A stretch of DNA of 64,000 bases from an uncultured Candidatus Saccharibacteria bacterium (GTDB taxonomy: Bacteria; Patescibacteriota; Minisyncoccia; Phycocordibacterales; UBA9973), in assembly GCA_964599225.1 (NCBI GenBank), contig CAZRDO010000001.1:15153-79152 (forward strand), written 5' to 3'. Below the pieces are notes generated by a model. It saw nothing but the letters and a program-made list of their open reading frames with translations, was not told the origin of the DNA and ran no database searches. Of the stretch, positions 8,651-18,335 are shown one piece after another. How positions within the stretch are numbered: the stretch's first letter is position 1; each line of letters opens with the position of its first letter. The position numbers were made by a program, and so were the translations under genes.

Positions 8651-8677
8651 AAAAGAAAAAACCTGCTTTAGGCAGGT
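8651..8677 (-). terminator. intrinsic terminator hairpin overlapping the stop of the upstream minus-strand gene
   Basis: Stem ACCTGCC/GGCAGGT flanked by an A-run on the plus strand (T-run on minus) and T7 on the plus strand. Potentially bidirectional. Confidence 0.45.
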
Positions 8678-9222
8678 AGCTTTTTTTGGAGAAATATTTT
8701 CATGAATTCTTCAAAACTCGATTTAGTACTCAATCCTGTTTTATGGAGTCCGAGCTTATCGACTAAGAAGGGCTTATGCTGAACTCCCTTTTCATTTGAG
8801 TATTTAATTTCCACCTCTTCCAGCATTCTAAAGAAATCATATGCTCTACCCCTCCATAGTTTTTCAAATAACTTTGGAACAAGCTTAACGCCCAAGATAT
8901 TTGTTTTTAGATGGAGGGTTTGGGCTTCTGAATGGAGTACAGTAATAATGTGTATAGCTCTGATGTCAAAGCCTGTGTTTAAAGGGTATAGCTGGAATTC
9001 AGCTTCCTTTATTGGTTTTGGGGCTCCTGGATTTGCACCAGATGCAGAGATAAGAGTGGTATCTTTTTCATAAACCGCATCATTTATACGGTCAGGATTA
9101 TACACTTCCCAGGGTTTTGCGAAACCTTTGACATAAGGAAGCACAATAGCAGGGAATTCGCTAATGCTTTGCAGGGCTACTAAATCTATTTTGTAAAACA
9201 TATTTTGACTTTTTCTAGTCAA
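8668..9222 (-). CDS. hypothetical protein (184 aa)
   Basis: Intact ORF with no recognisable motif. Confidence 0.4.
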   Translation of the reverse strand: MTRKSQNMFYKIDLVALQSISEFPAIVLPYVKGFAKPWEVYNPDRINDAVYEKDTTLISASGANPGAPKPIKEAEFQLYPLNTGFDIRAIHIITVLHSEAQTLHLKTNILGVKLVPKLFEKLWRGRAYDFFRMLEEVEIKYSNEKGVQHKPFLVDKLGLHKTGLSTKSSFEEFMKIFLQKKLPA

Positions 9223-9252
9223 AATATACAGGAACTATTTAATTTGTAAAGC

Positions 9253-10173
9253 CTACGAATTTTTATGAAGCCAGAGGTAGATATCTTCGAGGGCTTTGAC
9301 CGCATCACCCGCGGCGATATTGTTCTGATGATAGCGGCCGTCAGTGACGTCGCCTGCTGCCCAAATGCCTGAAACAACAGTCATTTGAGATCTTGGATCA
9401 ACTGGAATCCTATTTAATTCATCGAGTGTTAGCACACCTCTGGCAAAATCACTATTTGGAATCTGGCCAATTTCAACGAAAATTCCCTGCACTGGAAGCA
9501 TGGTTTCATTTCCGGATGAGTCGCGGTAGGTGAGAGAGGAGACCATGCCAGAGCCTTCGATTTTTACAAGTTCAACATTTGTAATAGCTTTGATCTTGGG
9601 ATTAGCAAGAACTTTCTCAACTGTCACTTCATCAGCACGGAACGTATCGCGTCGATGTATGATAGTGACACTTTTACAATAGGCCACAAGTTGTGCCGCG
9701 CTTTCAAACGCTGCATTGCCACCTCCAATAACTGCTACATCCATGTCTGCAAAGAGTGGCCCATCACAAGAGGCGCAATAGGTGATACCTTTGTTTTCAA
9801 ACTCTGCCGCACCAGGAATTTCAAGCTTTCGTCGAGAGCTACCTGAAGTTATGAGAATCGCGCGTGCTTGGTAGCTACCAGTTTCAGTTAGAACGGTGAA
9901 TATTGAGTCAGATTTCGAAATATTTTTGACCTTCTCACCTTCTTTTATGACAAAGCTCTCACTCTCATACTTTTTGGTGTGGGTTTTTAAGTTCTTAGCC
10001 AACTCTTCTCCGGAGATGACTGGTGTACCAATCCAGTTTTCAATGCCTTCTGAGACAGTCGATTGACCGCCAAATTCGGTAGCAATAAGAAGCGTCGAGA
10101 GACGCTTACGTGCGGCATACACTGCTCCAGCCACTCCAGCTGGCCCACCTCCGATAATTATTAGGTCATGCAT
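9253..10173 (-). CDS. trxB: thioredoxin-disulfide reductase
   Basis: IIGGGPAGVAGAVYAAR FAD site, the redox-active CASCDG motif and a GGGNAA NADPH site. Confidence 0.9.
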   Translation of the reverse strand: MHDLIIIGGGPAGVAGAVYAARKRLSTLLIATEFGGQSTVSEGIENWIGTPVISGEELAKNLKTHTKKYESESFVIKEGEKVKNISKSDSIFTVLTETGSYQARAILITSGSSRRKLEIPGAAEFENKGITYCASCDGPLFADMDVAVIGGGNAAFESAAQLVAYCKSVTIIHRRDTFRADEVTVEKVLANPKIKAITNVELVKIEGSGMVSSLTYRDSSGNETMLPVQGIFVEIGQIPNSDFARGVLTLDELNRIPVDPRSQMTVVSGIWAAGDVTDGRYHQNNIAAGDAVKALEDIYLWLHKNS

Positions 10174-10236
10174 AAGTAAATAGTAAGTAGTAAATGGTAA
10201 ATAGGAGGACAGTATACAGGACTAGTCAGTCTGAGG

Positions 10237-10262
10237 CAAAATAAAAACTCTACAATGTAGAG
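10237..10262 (-). terminator. rho-independent terminator of the secreted-protein gene
   Basis: On the minus strand: CTCTACA-t-TGTAGAG hairpin followed by TTTTTATTTTG. Confidence 0.6.
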
Positions 10263-10673
10263 TTAGTTGAGCTTACCTTCAAGGTCTATTATTTGTATTT
10301 CGACAAGTCGATATTCAATTACAATTTTATATAGATGTTTATCATCAGTAGTAGAAACGTTTACTGTTTCTTTACTATAAACCGAATCTTTTTTGATGAT
10401 ATCTTTCGAAATATACCACTCTGGTTTAATAGCATTTTCTACTCCATCAAGTGTAACGGTGACCTTTTGGATCACCACTTTGTCACCAGCTTTAAATAGC
10501 CACAATGGAGCTTCTTCACAATTACGTATAACTACAGATTGCCCGTTACTAAGGACCTTAGCCTTTGCTCTCTGTTTTGTCTGGTCTTGGGCCAGTGCGC
10601 AATTAGTCCCAACACTTAGAATTAAAAGAAAAGTGATAATTTTTTTCATGACTACGATTTTTTCTAAGTCCAC
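10263..10673 (-). CDS. secreted hypothetical protein with signal peptide
   Basis: An internal start at 10649 gives MKKIITFLLILSVGTNCALA (Sec signal) followed by a ~110 aa beta-rich domain. Confidence 0.5.
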   Translation of the reverse strand: MDLEKIVVMKKIITFLLILSVGTNCALAQDQTKQRAKAKVLSNGQSVVIRNCEEAPLWLFKAGDKVVIQKVTVTLDGVENAIKPEWYISKDIIKKDSVYSKETVNVSTTDDKHLYKIVIEYRLVEIQIIDLEGKLN

Positions 10674-10699
10674 CTTACTATGCTTTATATAAATGTCAA

Positions 10700-10721
10700 A
10701 GTCGCGCCGTAAGGCGCGACT
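10700..10721 (-). terminator. GC hairpin terminator downstream of ftsZ
   Basis: Perfect AGTCGCGCC-GTAA-GGCGCGACT hairpin (9 bp stem, GNRA-like loop) between the ftsZ stop and the next gene, with T-rich flanks. Confidence 0.55.
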
Positions 10722-10761
10722 TATTACTATTTACTACTAACTATTTTCTATTTACTGATTT

Positions 10762-11934
10762 CTATCGTTTCGTTCTTCGCAAAAACGCAGGGACATTCCA
10801 TTCTTCATCGTCATCACCTTCAAAGACGCTCTCATCAACTTTCTTTGGCGCTGTTGCACTCTCGGAACGTTTTACATAATCGGAAGGCAAGGTGTTGTGG
10901 ATCTCCTTTTTTGGCGCATCGAGAGGAGTGTCATTCTTGGACCCTGCTGCTTGAGTGAAAAGAGATTTTTTTGGTCCATCAGTAGGGAAGCCGGTTGCGA
11001 TGACAGTAACTTTGATTTCACCTTTTTTCAAGCGCTCATCCTTAATCGTACCGAAGATAACCTTGGCATCTTTATCGATACTCTCAGTGATAATTCGAGC
11101 TGCTTCTTGGATTTCAAGTATACCGAGATCGTCGCCACCAGAGATTGCAAAGAGTACACCGTGAGCGCCATTGATTGAGATATCGAGAAGTGGAGAGTTG
11201 ATCGCTTCAAGCGCAGCGTGTTCTGCACGCTTGTCGCCACTTGCTGTTCCAATACCCATGAGGGCTGAACCAGCGTCTTGCATGACTGCGCGAATATCTG
11301 CGAAGTCGACGTTGATCACGCCTGGAGTAGTGATGAGATCAGTGATACCTTCAACTGCTTGGCGAAGAATATCATCACAGAGTGCAAAGGCTTGTTTGAA
11401 TGACATTTCCTTACTTGCAATCATGAGGAGTCGATCATTTGGAATGACGATGATTGCATCAACTTCGTTTGAGAGTTCTGCGAAAGCCGCTTCAGCAATG
11501 CGTCCACGTTGGGCACCTTCGAAGGCAAATGGTCGTGTGACTACGCCGACTGTGAGAATACCTTGCTCCTTGGCAGCGCGAGCAACAATAGGGGACGCTC
11601 CGGATCCTGTACCACCACCGAGTCCGGTTGCGATAAATACCATGTCAGCACCTTTGATGACATCTTGGATTTCAGCTTTGGTTTCTTCTGCAGCTTTTCT
11701 TCCCACATCTGGACTCATGCCAGCGCCAAGACCCTTGGTAAGGTTCTTACCAATGTGAATTTTCTTATCAGCAAGTGATTTGTGTAAGTCCTGCGTATCG
11801 GTATTCATGGCGATGAATTCGACACCCTTGACTTTGGAATTAATCATGTGATTAATTGCATTTCCACCCGATCCGCCTACGCCGATTACCTTAATTCGGG
11901 CAAAAGATTCTATGTCTGGATTAACTTTTGGCAT
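10762..11934 (-). CDS. ftsZ: cell division GTPase FtsZ
   Basis: GGGTGSG tubulin signature within VIGVGGSGGNAINHM…FIATGLGGGTGSGASPIVA, 390 aa with an acidic C-terminal tail. Confidence 0.95.
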   Translation of the reverse strand: MPKVNPDIESFARIKVIGVGGSGGNAINHMINSKVKGVEFIAMNTDTQDLHKSLADKKIHIGKNLTKGLGAGMSPDVGRKAAEETKAEIQDVIKGADMVFIATGLGGGTGSGASPIVARAAKEQGILTVGVVTRPFAFEGAQRGRIAEAAFAELSNEVDAIIVIPNDRLLMIASKEMSFKQAFALCDDILRQAVEGITDLITTPGVINVDFADIRAVMQDAGSALMGIGTASGDKRAEHAALEAINSPLLDISINGAHGVLFAISGGDDLGILEIQEAARIITESIDKDAKVIFGTIKDERLKKGEIKVTVIATGFPTDGPKKSLFTQAAGSKNDTPLDAPKKEIHNTLPSDYVKRSESATAPKKVDESVFEGDDDEEWNVPAFLRRTKR

Positions 11935-12028
11935 GGTATTTGTTTCTCCCCCGTGAAATTATAAATATATTCATATACTAGCAGACCCTTCAAAAAAGGG
12001 AAGTCCCACTCTTGAGCTGCTATGGTAC

Positions 12029-13189
12029 TTAGGGAAGGAGTTGTTTGAAAAAGTTTTTGATCGTGTCTTTGAATGTTCCTTCATCGACATCATAATGTCG
12101 CTCTGTTTGGGCACCAAGAAGTGTACTGTAAACAGGAAGACCTGCTGCAGTGAGCCAAACTGCATCTTTGGGAATAAATTTGTTTCCTTTCAATTCAAAT
12201 TCTCCGATGCGGGCAGGAAGTCCGAGCACATCACGTGCGATCTCAGCTATATGTGCAATACGTGCGCCACCACCAGTGAGAATGACACCAGCCGGGAGGA
12301 GGCCACTGCGTTTAATTTTACGAAGCTGTGCATCGATGTGTTCAAATATATCAATGAGTCGCGCAGAAATGATTTCTTGAATTTTTTTCTGTGAATGTTC
12401 CTGAAAAATATTTCCAATTTTTATACTCTCAGCTTCTTCAAGCGAGACCTTTAATCCAAGAGCAATATCATTAGTGATATCGTTTGAACCGATTGGGATG
12501 ACGAAGAGAAGCGTGACAAAGTCATCTTCAAATACTGAGACTGACACTGTATCTGAGCCAATATTAATCACTGCGCACCCAGCTGTGCGCTGTTTTTCAT
12601 TGGTCGAAATAATACTTCCCGCTAGTGGCCCAGCAATGACATCAACAACATCAAGTCCAACAGAGCTCGCGACCGAAACGAAATCATCAACGTGTTGAGC
12701 GAGAATACTAATGAAGAGTGCTTTGGTATCAAGCTTAATGCCTTGCATACCCTCAGGTCTACCAATGACAGGCTTCGAATCAATTGAAAATGAAAGGGGA
12801 ATAGTGTGGAGGATTTTTCTATTGGTGAGTTTTAAACTATGTTCAGCATCACGAAGCGATTTTTCTACATCAAGTGAGGTCACTTCACCATCTGCTTTAG
12901 ACATGATCGCAGAACCTACTGCAATCGAGGAGAGAAGTCCGACCCCATTTGCAGCGAGTATGGCATGTCTTGGTGAGACACCCGCGACGCGTACTGCATC
13001 ACCGAGCGCACGCTTGACTGACTCAAGGGCTTTATGTGGATGGATGATATAACCTTCGCGCATACCAAGAGCATCAGCACTACCAGTGCCAATAATTTTT
13101 GGGAATTTTTCTCCCTTTTCAAATTGTGCGATTGCAATTCTTGTGGTGCTTGATCCAATATCAATACACGCAACAGTATTTCTGGCCAT
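12029..13189 (-). CDS. ftsA: cell division protein FtsA
   Basis: Actin-fold ATPase (ACIDIGSSTTRIAIA…) directly upstream of ftsZ in the conserved ftsA-ftsZ order. Confidence 0.9.
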   Translation of the reverse strand: MARNTVACIDIGSSTTRIAIAQFEKGEKFPKIIGTGSADALGMREGYIIHPHKALESVKRALGDAVRVAGVSPRHAILAANGVGLLSSIAVGSAIMSKADGEVTSLDVEKSLRDAEHSLKLTNRKILHTIPLSFSIDSKPVIGRPEGMQGIKLDTKALFISILAQHVDDFVSVASSVGLDVVDVIAGPLAGSIISTNEKQRTAGCAVINIGSDTVSVSVFEDDFVTLLFVIPIGSNDITNDIALGLKVSLEEAESIKIGNIFQEHSQKKIQEIISARLIDIFEHIDAQLRKIKRSGLLPAGVILTGGGARIAHIAEIARDVLGLPARIGEFELKGNKFIPKDAVWLTAAGLPVYSTLLGAQTERHYDVDEGTFKDTIKNFFKQLLP

Positions 13190-13227
13190 GTGAAATTGAG
13201 TAAGTTACGCGAGAGAAAGTGTGAGCA

Positions 13228-13635
13228 CTATTCGTGATCGGGGTATGCAATATTAAAATATGCGCACCACTTTCTTTCAGCTTGCTTCATTGTACTACCA
13301 TGCTCATACTCCGCCAAATGAAGTAGGCCGTGGATAAACAAAAAAAGTAGGAATTTTGATTCTTGCATAGCAAATTCTTTTGCTTGGGCACGTATAGTCT
13401 TTGGTTCAAGTATGATCTCTCCACTTGATTTGGAAAGCGGGAAACTAAGGATAGTAGTGGGATAGTTTTTGTTTCTAAATTCCTTATTAAGTTTCGCCGA
13501 AGTGCGAGCACTTACACATGAGACTGAGAGCTCATAGCGCTTACCGAGGATTTTTTCTTTAGCCATAACGAAAGATATTCGCGGTATGCGAATATTCTTT
13601 ACTTCTTTTATGATCTGGAAATTCTCTTGGCTCAT
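13228..13635 (-). CDS. ybeY: rRNA maturation endoribonuclease YbeY
   Basis: HGLLHLAEYEHG matches the YbeY metal-binding HGxLHLxGYDH motif, 135 aa. Confidence 0.75.
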   Translation of the reverse strand: MSQENFQIIKEVKNIRIPRISFVMAKEKILGKRYELSVSCVSARTSAKLNKEFRNKNYPTTILSFPLSKSSGEIILEPKTIRAQAKEFAMQESKFLLFLFIHGLLHLAEYEHGSTMKQAERKWCAYFNIAYPDHE

Positions 13636-13647
13636 TGAGCTTCGGTA

Positions 13648-13875
13648 TTAAGCAATTTTACCAAGCTTGCGGAGACGATCGTTGGCTTTACGACGAACAA
13701 TACGCTTAAGCATACTTGTTTTTTGAGAAAGCTTAGATGGTTTGCGAACCTCGTGGCGGCGGGCTTTGACAAGTTGTACAAGTCGAGATTCCTGTGCACT
13801 TCGAGAAAAGCGTCGGAGAAGACTCGAGTTCGATTCGCTTCCTGATTTTTTTACTTCAATTACAGTCATTGACAT
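13648..13875 (-). CDS. rpsU: 30S ribosomal protein S21
   Basis: 75 aa, very basic, LLRRFSRSAQESRLVQLVKARRHEVRKPSK matches the S21 core pattern. Confidence 0.65.
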   Translation of the reverse strand: MSMTVIEVKKSGSESNSSLLRRFSRSAQESRLVQLVKARRHEVRKPSKLSQKTSMLKRIVRRKANDRLRKLGKIA

Positions 13876-13911
13876 GACTAAAGAATAGCACAGATATACC
13901 CCTACTGCAAG

Positions 13912-15879
13912 CTACTGTATGAGCCCTTCTGGGTTAATAGTAGTCGAAAGTGCTTCTTGGGCCATCTCAATGAGCATCTCTCTACAGCGCATAGACTCGG
14001 GTGATGGTGGAAGAGTCATTAATGCTTCCCAGTAGGGAGTAGGAATCCGCACCATCACACAAGTACCAGAAATATATTTCCCACGTATTACCTCGTTGAA
14101 TGCAAATGTATTGAGTTCAACGACATATGGGTGTTGTATGAGCTCGTCAGTAAGTGGTGCATTATTTTTGAAAATAAAACGTACGGTCGTCACAAATGGG
14201 CTATAGTGAAGTTCTTTTCGCTCTTCGAGATCATCACGAATAATTTTTGGATAGGCAGACCGTTCAATATCGGTGAGGACTTTATTGTCAGGTGCCCGAG
14301 TCTGGACGATACAGGCATCTATCGCAAGTGCACGAAGTAGCAAAATGAGTCGTAATGCTTTTTCGACTACGACATAAATTGGAAGTGAGAACATTGAATC
14401 GATCGACACGACTACGACTGTAGCAATATCTTTGAGATACGGAATTGCTTGTTCGGTGCCCACAAGAATACCTCCTTCAGTTTCGTAAAATTTCTTTATG
14501 AAAAGTTCTCGAGCACGGATGGTCTTGATAGTACTCTGATCAAAGGGGAATACTCGCTCATCACCAAAGTCTTTCTTTAATTCATCAATAATACGTTCAT
14601 TACCCAGACCGTATTCCTTGAGATTCCAGCTTTTACAATACGGACATGCAAAGTTTGCACGCTCGACGATGCGACAGCGATTACACATGAAATAACGCTC
14701 CTCAACTTTTTTAATAGTTGCTGATTGATTTTTCTGTTTAGTAATTATTTTGTCCGTATAAAGTACGAGTGGACTTCCACAGCGTCCACAGGCACAGATA
14801 TGTCCACAGTCCTGACAGAGTGTTGTTGTTGCCAAGCCTTTGCGATGAGTGAGTACAAAGACATGTTTCCTTTGGCGAAGTGAATCTGCTATCTGCTTTC
14901 CAGTCTTACTCGAGAAAACCTTGAATTTATTTTTATCCTTTATTGTCGCTTCATCGTCCAACATATTTACAATCGAAAAGGTTTTCTGCTCTCTAGGGGC
15001 AATCGTGAGTGGTCTCAGTTCTACAAATTCTTTAAGCTGGTGTCGATAGAGTGTTTCAAATCGCAAAAGCGTATCTGCCAGAATAAATCGTACATGGAGT
15101 TCTTCCGCAAGTATCTCAAGCAATACTCTCCAATCAATCTGATTACGATCAAACGTACGGTAATCACTTGAAGACTCACGTTCCAAAATTATAGTTCTGA
15201 GATCACGTCGGGGTATTGTCGAAAATGAGGGAGTAGCAATAATAAGTACCGGATGGGTTTTACTAAGAATTTCTCCGATCATTTTCTTTATGACTGGATT
15301 GGCTAGTTGACTATGTAGTGTATACACATATTCTCCTATGCCACGTGCTACTTCTTGTTCGATACGGATACATTCAATTATCGTCGGGGCAATAATCATG
15401 CAGGATTCGTTGCGGGCAAAAGCTTCTCGCACGAGTGTTCGATACAGTGACCTGCGCTCATCAGTAGGAAGCTCTAAGACACATTTTTCTGACTGTGGAA
15501 GTTCATGTGTCGATCGAGCTACAGTTGGTGACTTGGCAGAGAGTGTCTCATCAATAAGGGTGAGCGGTAAGAGAAGTCCGAGCATACTACTCGTACTCGT
15601 CAGAAAATGGAGTGCAGAGCGCTTTGCTGTAGTAAATAATGCAGACGAAAATGGAGAAGGCCCAAGTGCGCGGATTACTTTTTTCATTTTAAACCGTTCT
15701 TTTTTCAGCGAGAGTTTTGTGGTTTCAATTGGTCGTACTTCTACTACTAATGCAGTAACCTCTCGACTGCCGATCATAACGACAACCAAATCTCCCTCAC
15801 GGATATCAAATGAGGAAAAGTAGGATAGGGTGTCTTTGGGCAGTCCACGCACTATAGGAATTACGGAAACGGAGATCAT
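13912..15879 (-). CDS. priA: primosomal protein N' (PriA) homolog with degenerate Walker A/B motifs
   Basis: N-terminal 3'-DNA-binding-like domain and the PriA Cys-rich zinc-binding region (CQDCGHICACGRCGSP…CNRCRIVERANFACPYCKS). The helicase core aligns to PriA but has LPTDERRSLY in place of GxTGSGKT and ILERE in place of DEEH. Confidence 0.6.
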   Translation of the reverse strand: MISVSVIPIVRGLPKDTLSYFSSFDIREGDLVVVMIGSREVTALVVEVRPIETTKLSLKKERFKMKKVIRALGPSPFSSALFTTAKRSALHFLTSTSSMLGLLLPLTLIDETLSAKSPTVARSTHELPQSEKCVLELPTDERRSLYRTLVREAFARNESCMIIAPTIIECIRIEQEVARGIGEYVYTLHSQLANPVIKKMIGEILSKTHPVLIIATPSFSTIPRRDLRTIILERESSSDYRTFDRNQIDWRVLLEILAEELHVRFILADTLLRFETLYRHQLKEFVELRPLTIAPREQKTFSIVNMLDDEATIKDKNKFKVFSSKTGKQIADSLRQRKHVFVLTHRKGLATTTLCQDCGHICACGRCGSPLVLYTDKIITKQKNQSATIKKVEERYFMCNRCRIVERANFACPYCKSWNLKEYGLGNERIIDELKKDFGDERVFPFDQSTIKTIRARELFIKKFYETEGGILVGTEQAIPYLKDIATVVVVSIDSMFSLPIYVVVEKALRLILLLRALAIDACIVQTRAPDNKVLTDIERSAYPKIIRDDLEERKELHYSPFVTTVRFIFKNNAPLTDELIQHPYVVELNTFAFNEVIRGKYISGTCVMVRIPTPYWEALMTLPPSPESMRCREMLIEMAQEALSTTINPEGLIQ

Positions 15880-15993
15880 ATGAGAAGAATACCATGAGAC
15901 TACTATCAGAAACCAAGATCGTCGTGATATACTCGAATAATCTCTGAATTTATTTACTATTCCCTATAACCTTATCACTACACGCTAATTTAT

Positions 15994-17007
15994 ATGGCCT
16001 TATTTTCAAATCGTTTAGGAATAGATTTAGGCACCGCCAATACGCTTGTATTCGTACCAGGTAAGGGAATTGTATTAAATGAACCTTCAGTGGTGGCGAT
16101 TTCCGAGGTAAATAATCGCGTACTTGCTATCGGAAATGAAGCGAAAGAAATGATTGGCAAAACCCCGGAGAGTATTATTGCCTACCGTCCGATGAAGGAT
16201 GGTGTTATTGCTGACTACCGTGTGACTGAAGCCATGCTACGATACTTTATTGATAAGGCACTTGGTAAATTTCATTTCTTCAAACCTGATGTCATGATTT
16301 CTGTGCCAGCCGGCGTCACCTCAACTGAACGACGCGCAGTCATCGAAGCGGCACTCCGCGCTGGTGCGAAAAACGCCTATGTGGTCAAAGAGCCTATACT
16401 TGCCGCGATTGGTGCTGGGATTCCTATTCACGAATCCTGTGGACATATGGTTGTCGACATTGGTGGTGGCACAACAGATGTCGCCGTTATTTCTCTTGGG
16501 GGTATCGTGGCATCAACCTCAGTGAAATGTGCGGGTAATAAAATTGATCAGGCAATCACAGACTATATAAAGCGGGCATACAATTTAGGAATTGGTGATA
16601 AGACGGCCGAAGATATCAAGATAAAAATTGGAGCGGCGGTACCGCTTGAGGAGAATCTCACAATGACAGTCAAAGGGCGTGATTTTATTCAAGGGCTTCC
16701 ACGTACGACAGAAATTTCGACCAATGAAATCGTCAAAGCAATTGATAGTGAGCTTCGTCAGATACTCAAGGCAATCAAAGATGTGCTCTCAGAGACACCA
16801 CCAGAACTTGCCTCCGACATTATTGATAAGGGTATTATCATGACTGGTGGTACATCACAACTTCGTAATTTCCCAGAACTTGTTTTTCGAGCGACTGGAG
16901 TTAAAGCCAGACTTGCTGACGATGCACTCTATTGTGTTGCCAAGGGTACCGGCATTGCGCTTGCCCATCTTGATTCATATAAACGTACTATTATAAGTAA
17001 ACGTTAG
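15994..17007 (+). CDS. mreB: rod-shape determining actin homolog MreB
   Basis: LGIDLGTANTLVF…MVVDIGGGTTDVAVISLGG, the typical MreB phosphate-1/2 motifs. Confidence 0.92.
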   Translation: MALFSNRLGIDLGTANTLVFVPGKGIVLNEPSVVAISEVNNRVLAIGNEAKEMIGKTPESIIAYRPMKDGVIADYRVTEAMLRYFIDKALGKFHFFKPDVMISVPAGVTSTERRAVIEAALRAGAKNAYVVKEPILAAIGAGIPIHESCGHMVVDIGGGTTDVAVISLGGIVASTSVKCAGNKIDQAITDYIKRAYNLGIGDKTAEDIKIKIGAAVPLEENLTMTVKGRDFIQGLPRTTEISTNEIVKAIDSELRQILKAIKDVLSETPPELASDIIDKGIIMTGGTSQLRNFPELVFRATGVKARLADDALYCVAKGTGIALAHLDSYKRTIISKR

Positions 17008-17010
17008 TAT

Positions 17011-17688
17011 ATGTTTGGGGTTCCACTCTCAAAATTGCAGCATACATATATTGTTGGCGGGGAATTAGAGGAAGCTGAAGAAATTCTGGCCTATCTAAAA
17101 ACGGAGGGCATCGAGACTCTCGGTAATCCTGGAGTGATAGTCGAACATCATGAGCAGTTTGGTATTCTGGAGTCGAGAATATTTAAGGAGAAGTGTATTC
17201 TCTCATCTATAACTGATCATACCTTCTACATACTATGCGCAAGATCACTAACTCGTGAAGCAGAACAATCGCTTTTGAAACTTCTTGAGGAACCAATCAA
17301 AGGACTTCATTTTTTCTTAGTTACACCATACCCAGATCAATTACTTGATACACTTCGCTCCCGTGCTCAGGTAATAACACGTATTAAAAATAAGGAAACG
17401 CAAAATGCATTCCTTAAAAAAACTATTGCTTCACGATTAGGTGAAATTCGCACACTACTTAAAACAACTGATGGAGATAATGAGACAGAGTCACTCACGT
17501 CAGCGAAAGCGCTCAAGTTTGTGGAAAGTATAGAGCGTGAGCTTGCAAGCGAAATGCATACAAAAAAGAACTACCACCTTGTGCCCTACCTTGCTCAGTT
17601 ACTTTCGTTCAAACGCCATCTCCATGCTCGTGGCTCGTCAGTGAAAATGATTCTGGAACACCTAGCACTCACATTGCCTCAATTATAA
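17011..17688 (+). CDS. holB: DNA polymerase III delta'-like clamp-loader subunit (HolB-like), short form
   Basis: SLLKLLEEP and TLRSRAQ motifs (sensor-1/SRC-like) aligned with delta', with no Walker A at the N-terminus. Confidence 0.55.
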   Translation: MFGVPLSKLQHTYIVGGELEEAEEILAYLKTEGIETLGNPGVIVEHHEQFGILESRIFKEKCILSSITDHTFYILCARSLTREAEQSLLKLLEEPIKGLHFFLVTPYPDQLLDTLRSRAQVITRIKNKETQNAFLKKTIASRLGEIRTLLKTTDGDNETESLTSAKALKFVESIERELASEMHTKKNYHLVPYLAQLLSFKRHLHARGSSVKMILEHLALTLPQL

Positions 17689-17713
17689 AATCAAATTATA
17701 CTTACTCACATAT

Positions 17714-18253
17714 ATGTCTACATACGTAAAAGAGTTAAAGGATTCACTCATAAAGGTTGGTGAATGGTTATCCAAAGAATATGGATCTGTTCATACGGGT
17801 AGAGCGAGTCCTTCTATACTTGATAATGTCAGAGTGGATTCATACGGATCACTTCAACCGATTGGAAATATTGCTTCAGTCAATGTTGAAGATCCGAAGA
17901 CACTTCGAATTGTTCCTTGGGATAAAGGCACAATTAAAGCTATTGAGAAAGCAATTGGCGCAGCCAATACTGGACTCTCGGTTGCTTCTGATGATCAAGG
18001 ATTGAGAGTTATTTTCCCAATGTTAACAACAGAGAATCGTGAACGTACAGTAAAAGTACTGAAAGAAAAGCTTGAAGACGCACGCATTAGTGTTCGCAAA
18101 GAACGTGAGACTGCTATGAAAATGCTCAAAGACCAAGCAGGTAGTGAAGACGAAGCGGAGCGTGAGAAAGTTGAAATTCAAAAGTGCGTTGACGAAGCCA
18201 ATCAAAACCTTGAGCTTATTTTCCAGAGAAAAGAAAAGGAGGTGCTTAACTAA
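17714..18253 (+). CDS. frr: ribosome recycling factor
   Basis: 179 aa, full-length similarity to RRF (…SILDNVRVDSYGSLQPIGNIASV…). Confidence 0.92.
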   Translation: MSTYVKELKDSLIKVGEWLSKEYGSVHTGRASPSILDNVRVDSYGSLQPIGNIASVNVEDPKTLRIVPWDKGTIKAIEKAIGAANTGLSVASDDQGLRVIFPMLTTENRERTVKVLKEKLEDARISVRKERETAMKMLKDQAGSEDEAEREKVEIQKCVDEANQNLELIFQRKEKEVLN

Positions 18254-18335
18254 TACTTACTTTCAATGCAGATGTTTGACCCGAACGTTTACGGGTTATC
18301 TTTCAACTTAGCCTCTTTTACTTTATACTGAGCTG

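Noticed and set aside
11171-11758. 195-aa ORF (and 11509..11778) antisense within ftsZ
   Set aside because: It is entirely inside the strongly supported ftsZ gene on the opposite strand, with a skewed Ser/Ala/Pro-rich composition typical of antisense frames.
12711-13052. ORFs of 113 aa and smaller antisense to ftsA (12041..12394, 12150..12380, 12474..12698, 12916..13173)
   Set aside because: They are shadow ORFs within ftsA with no motifs.
15338-15823. 161-aa ORF antisense to the priA homolog
   Set aside because: It is a Ser/Arg-rich shadow frame and fully overlapped by the 655-aa PriA-like gene.
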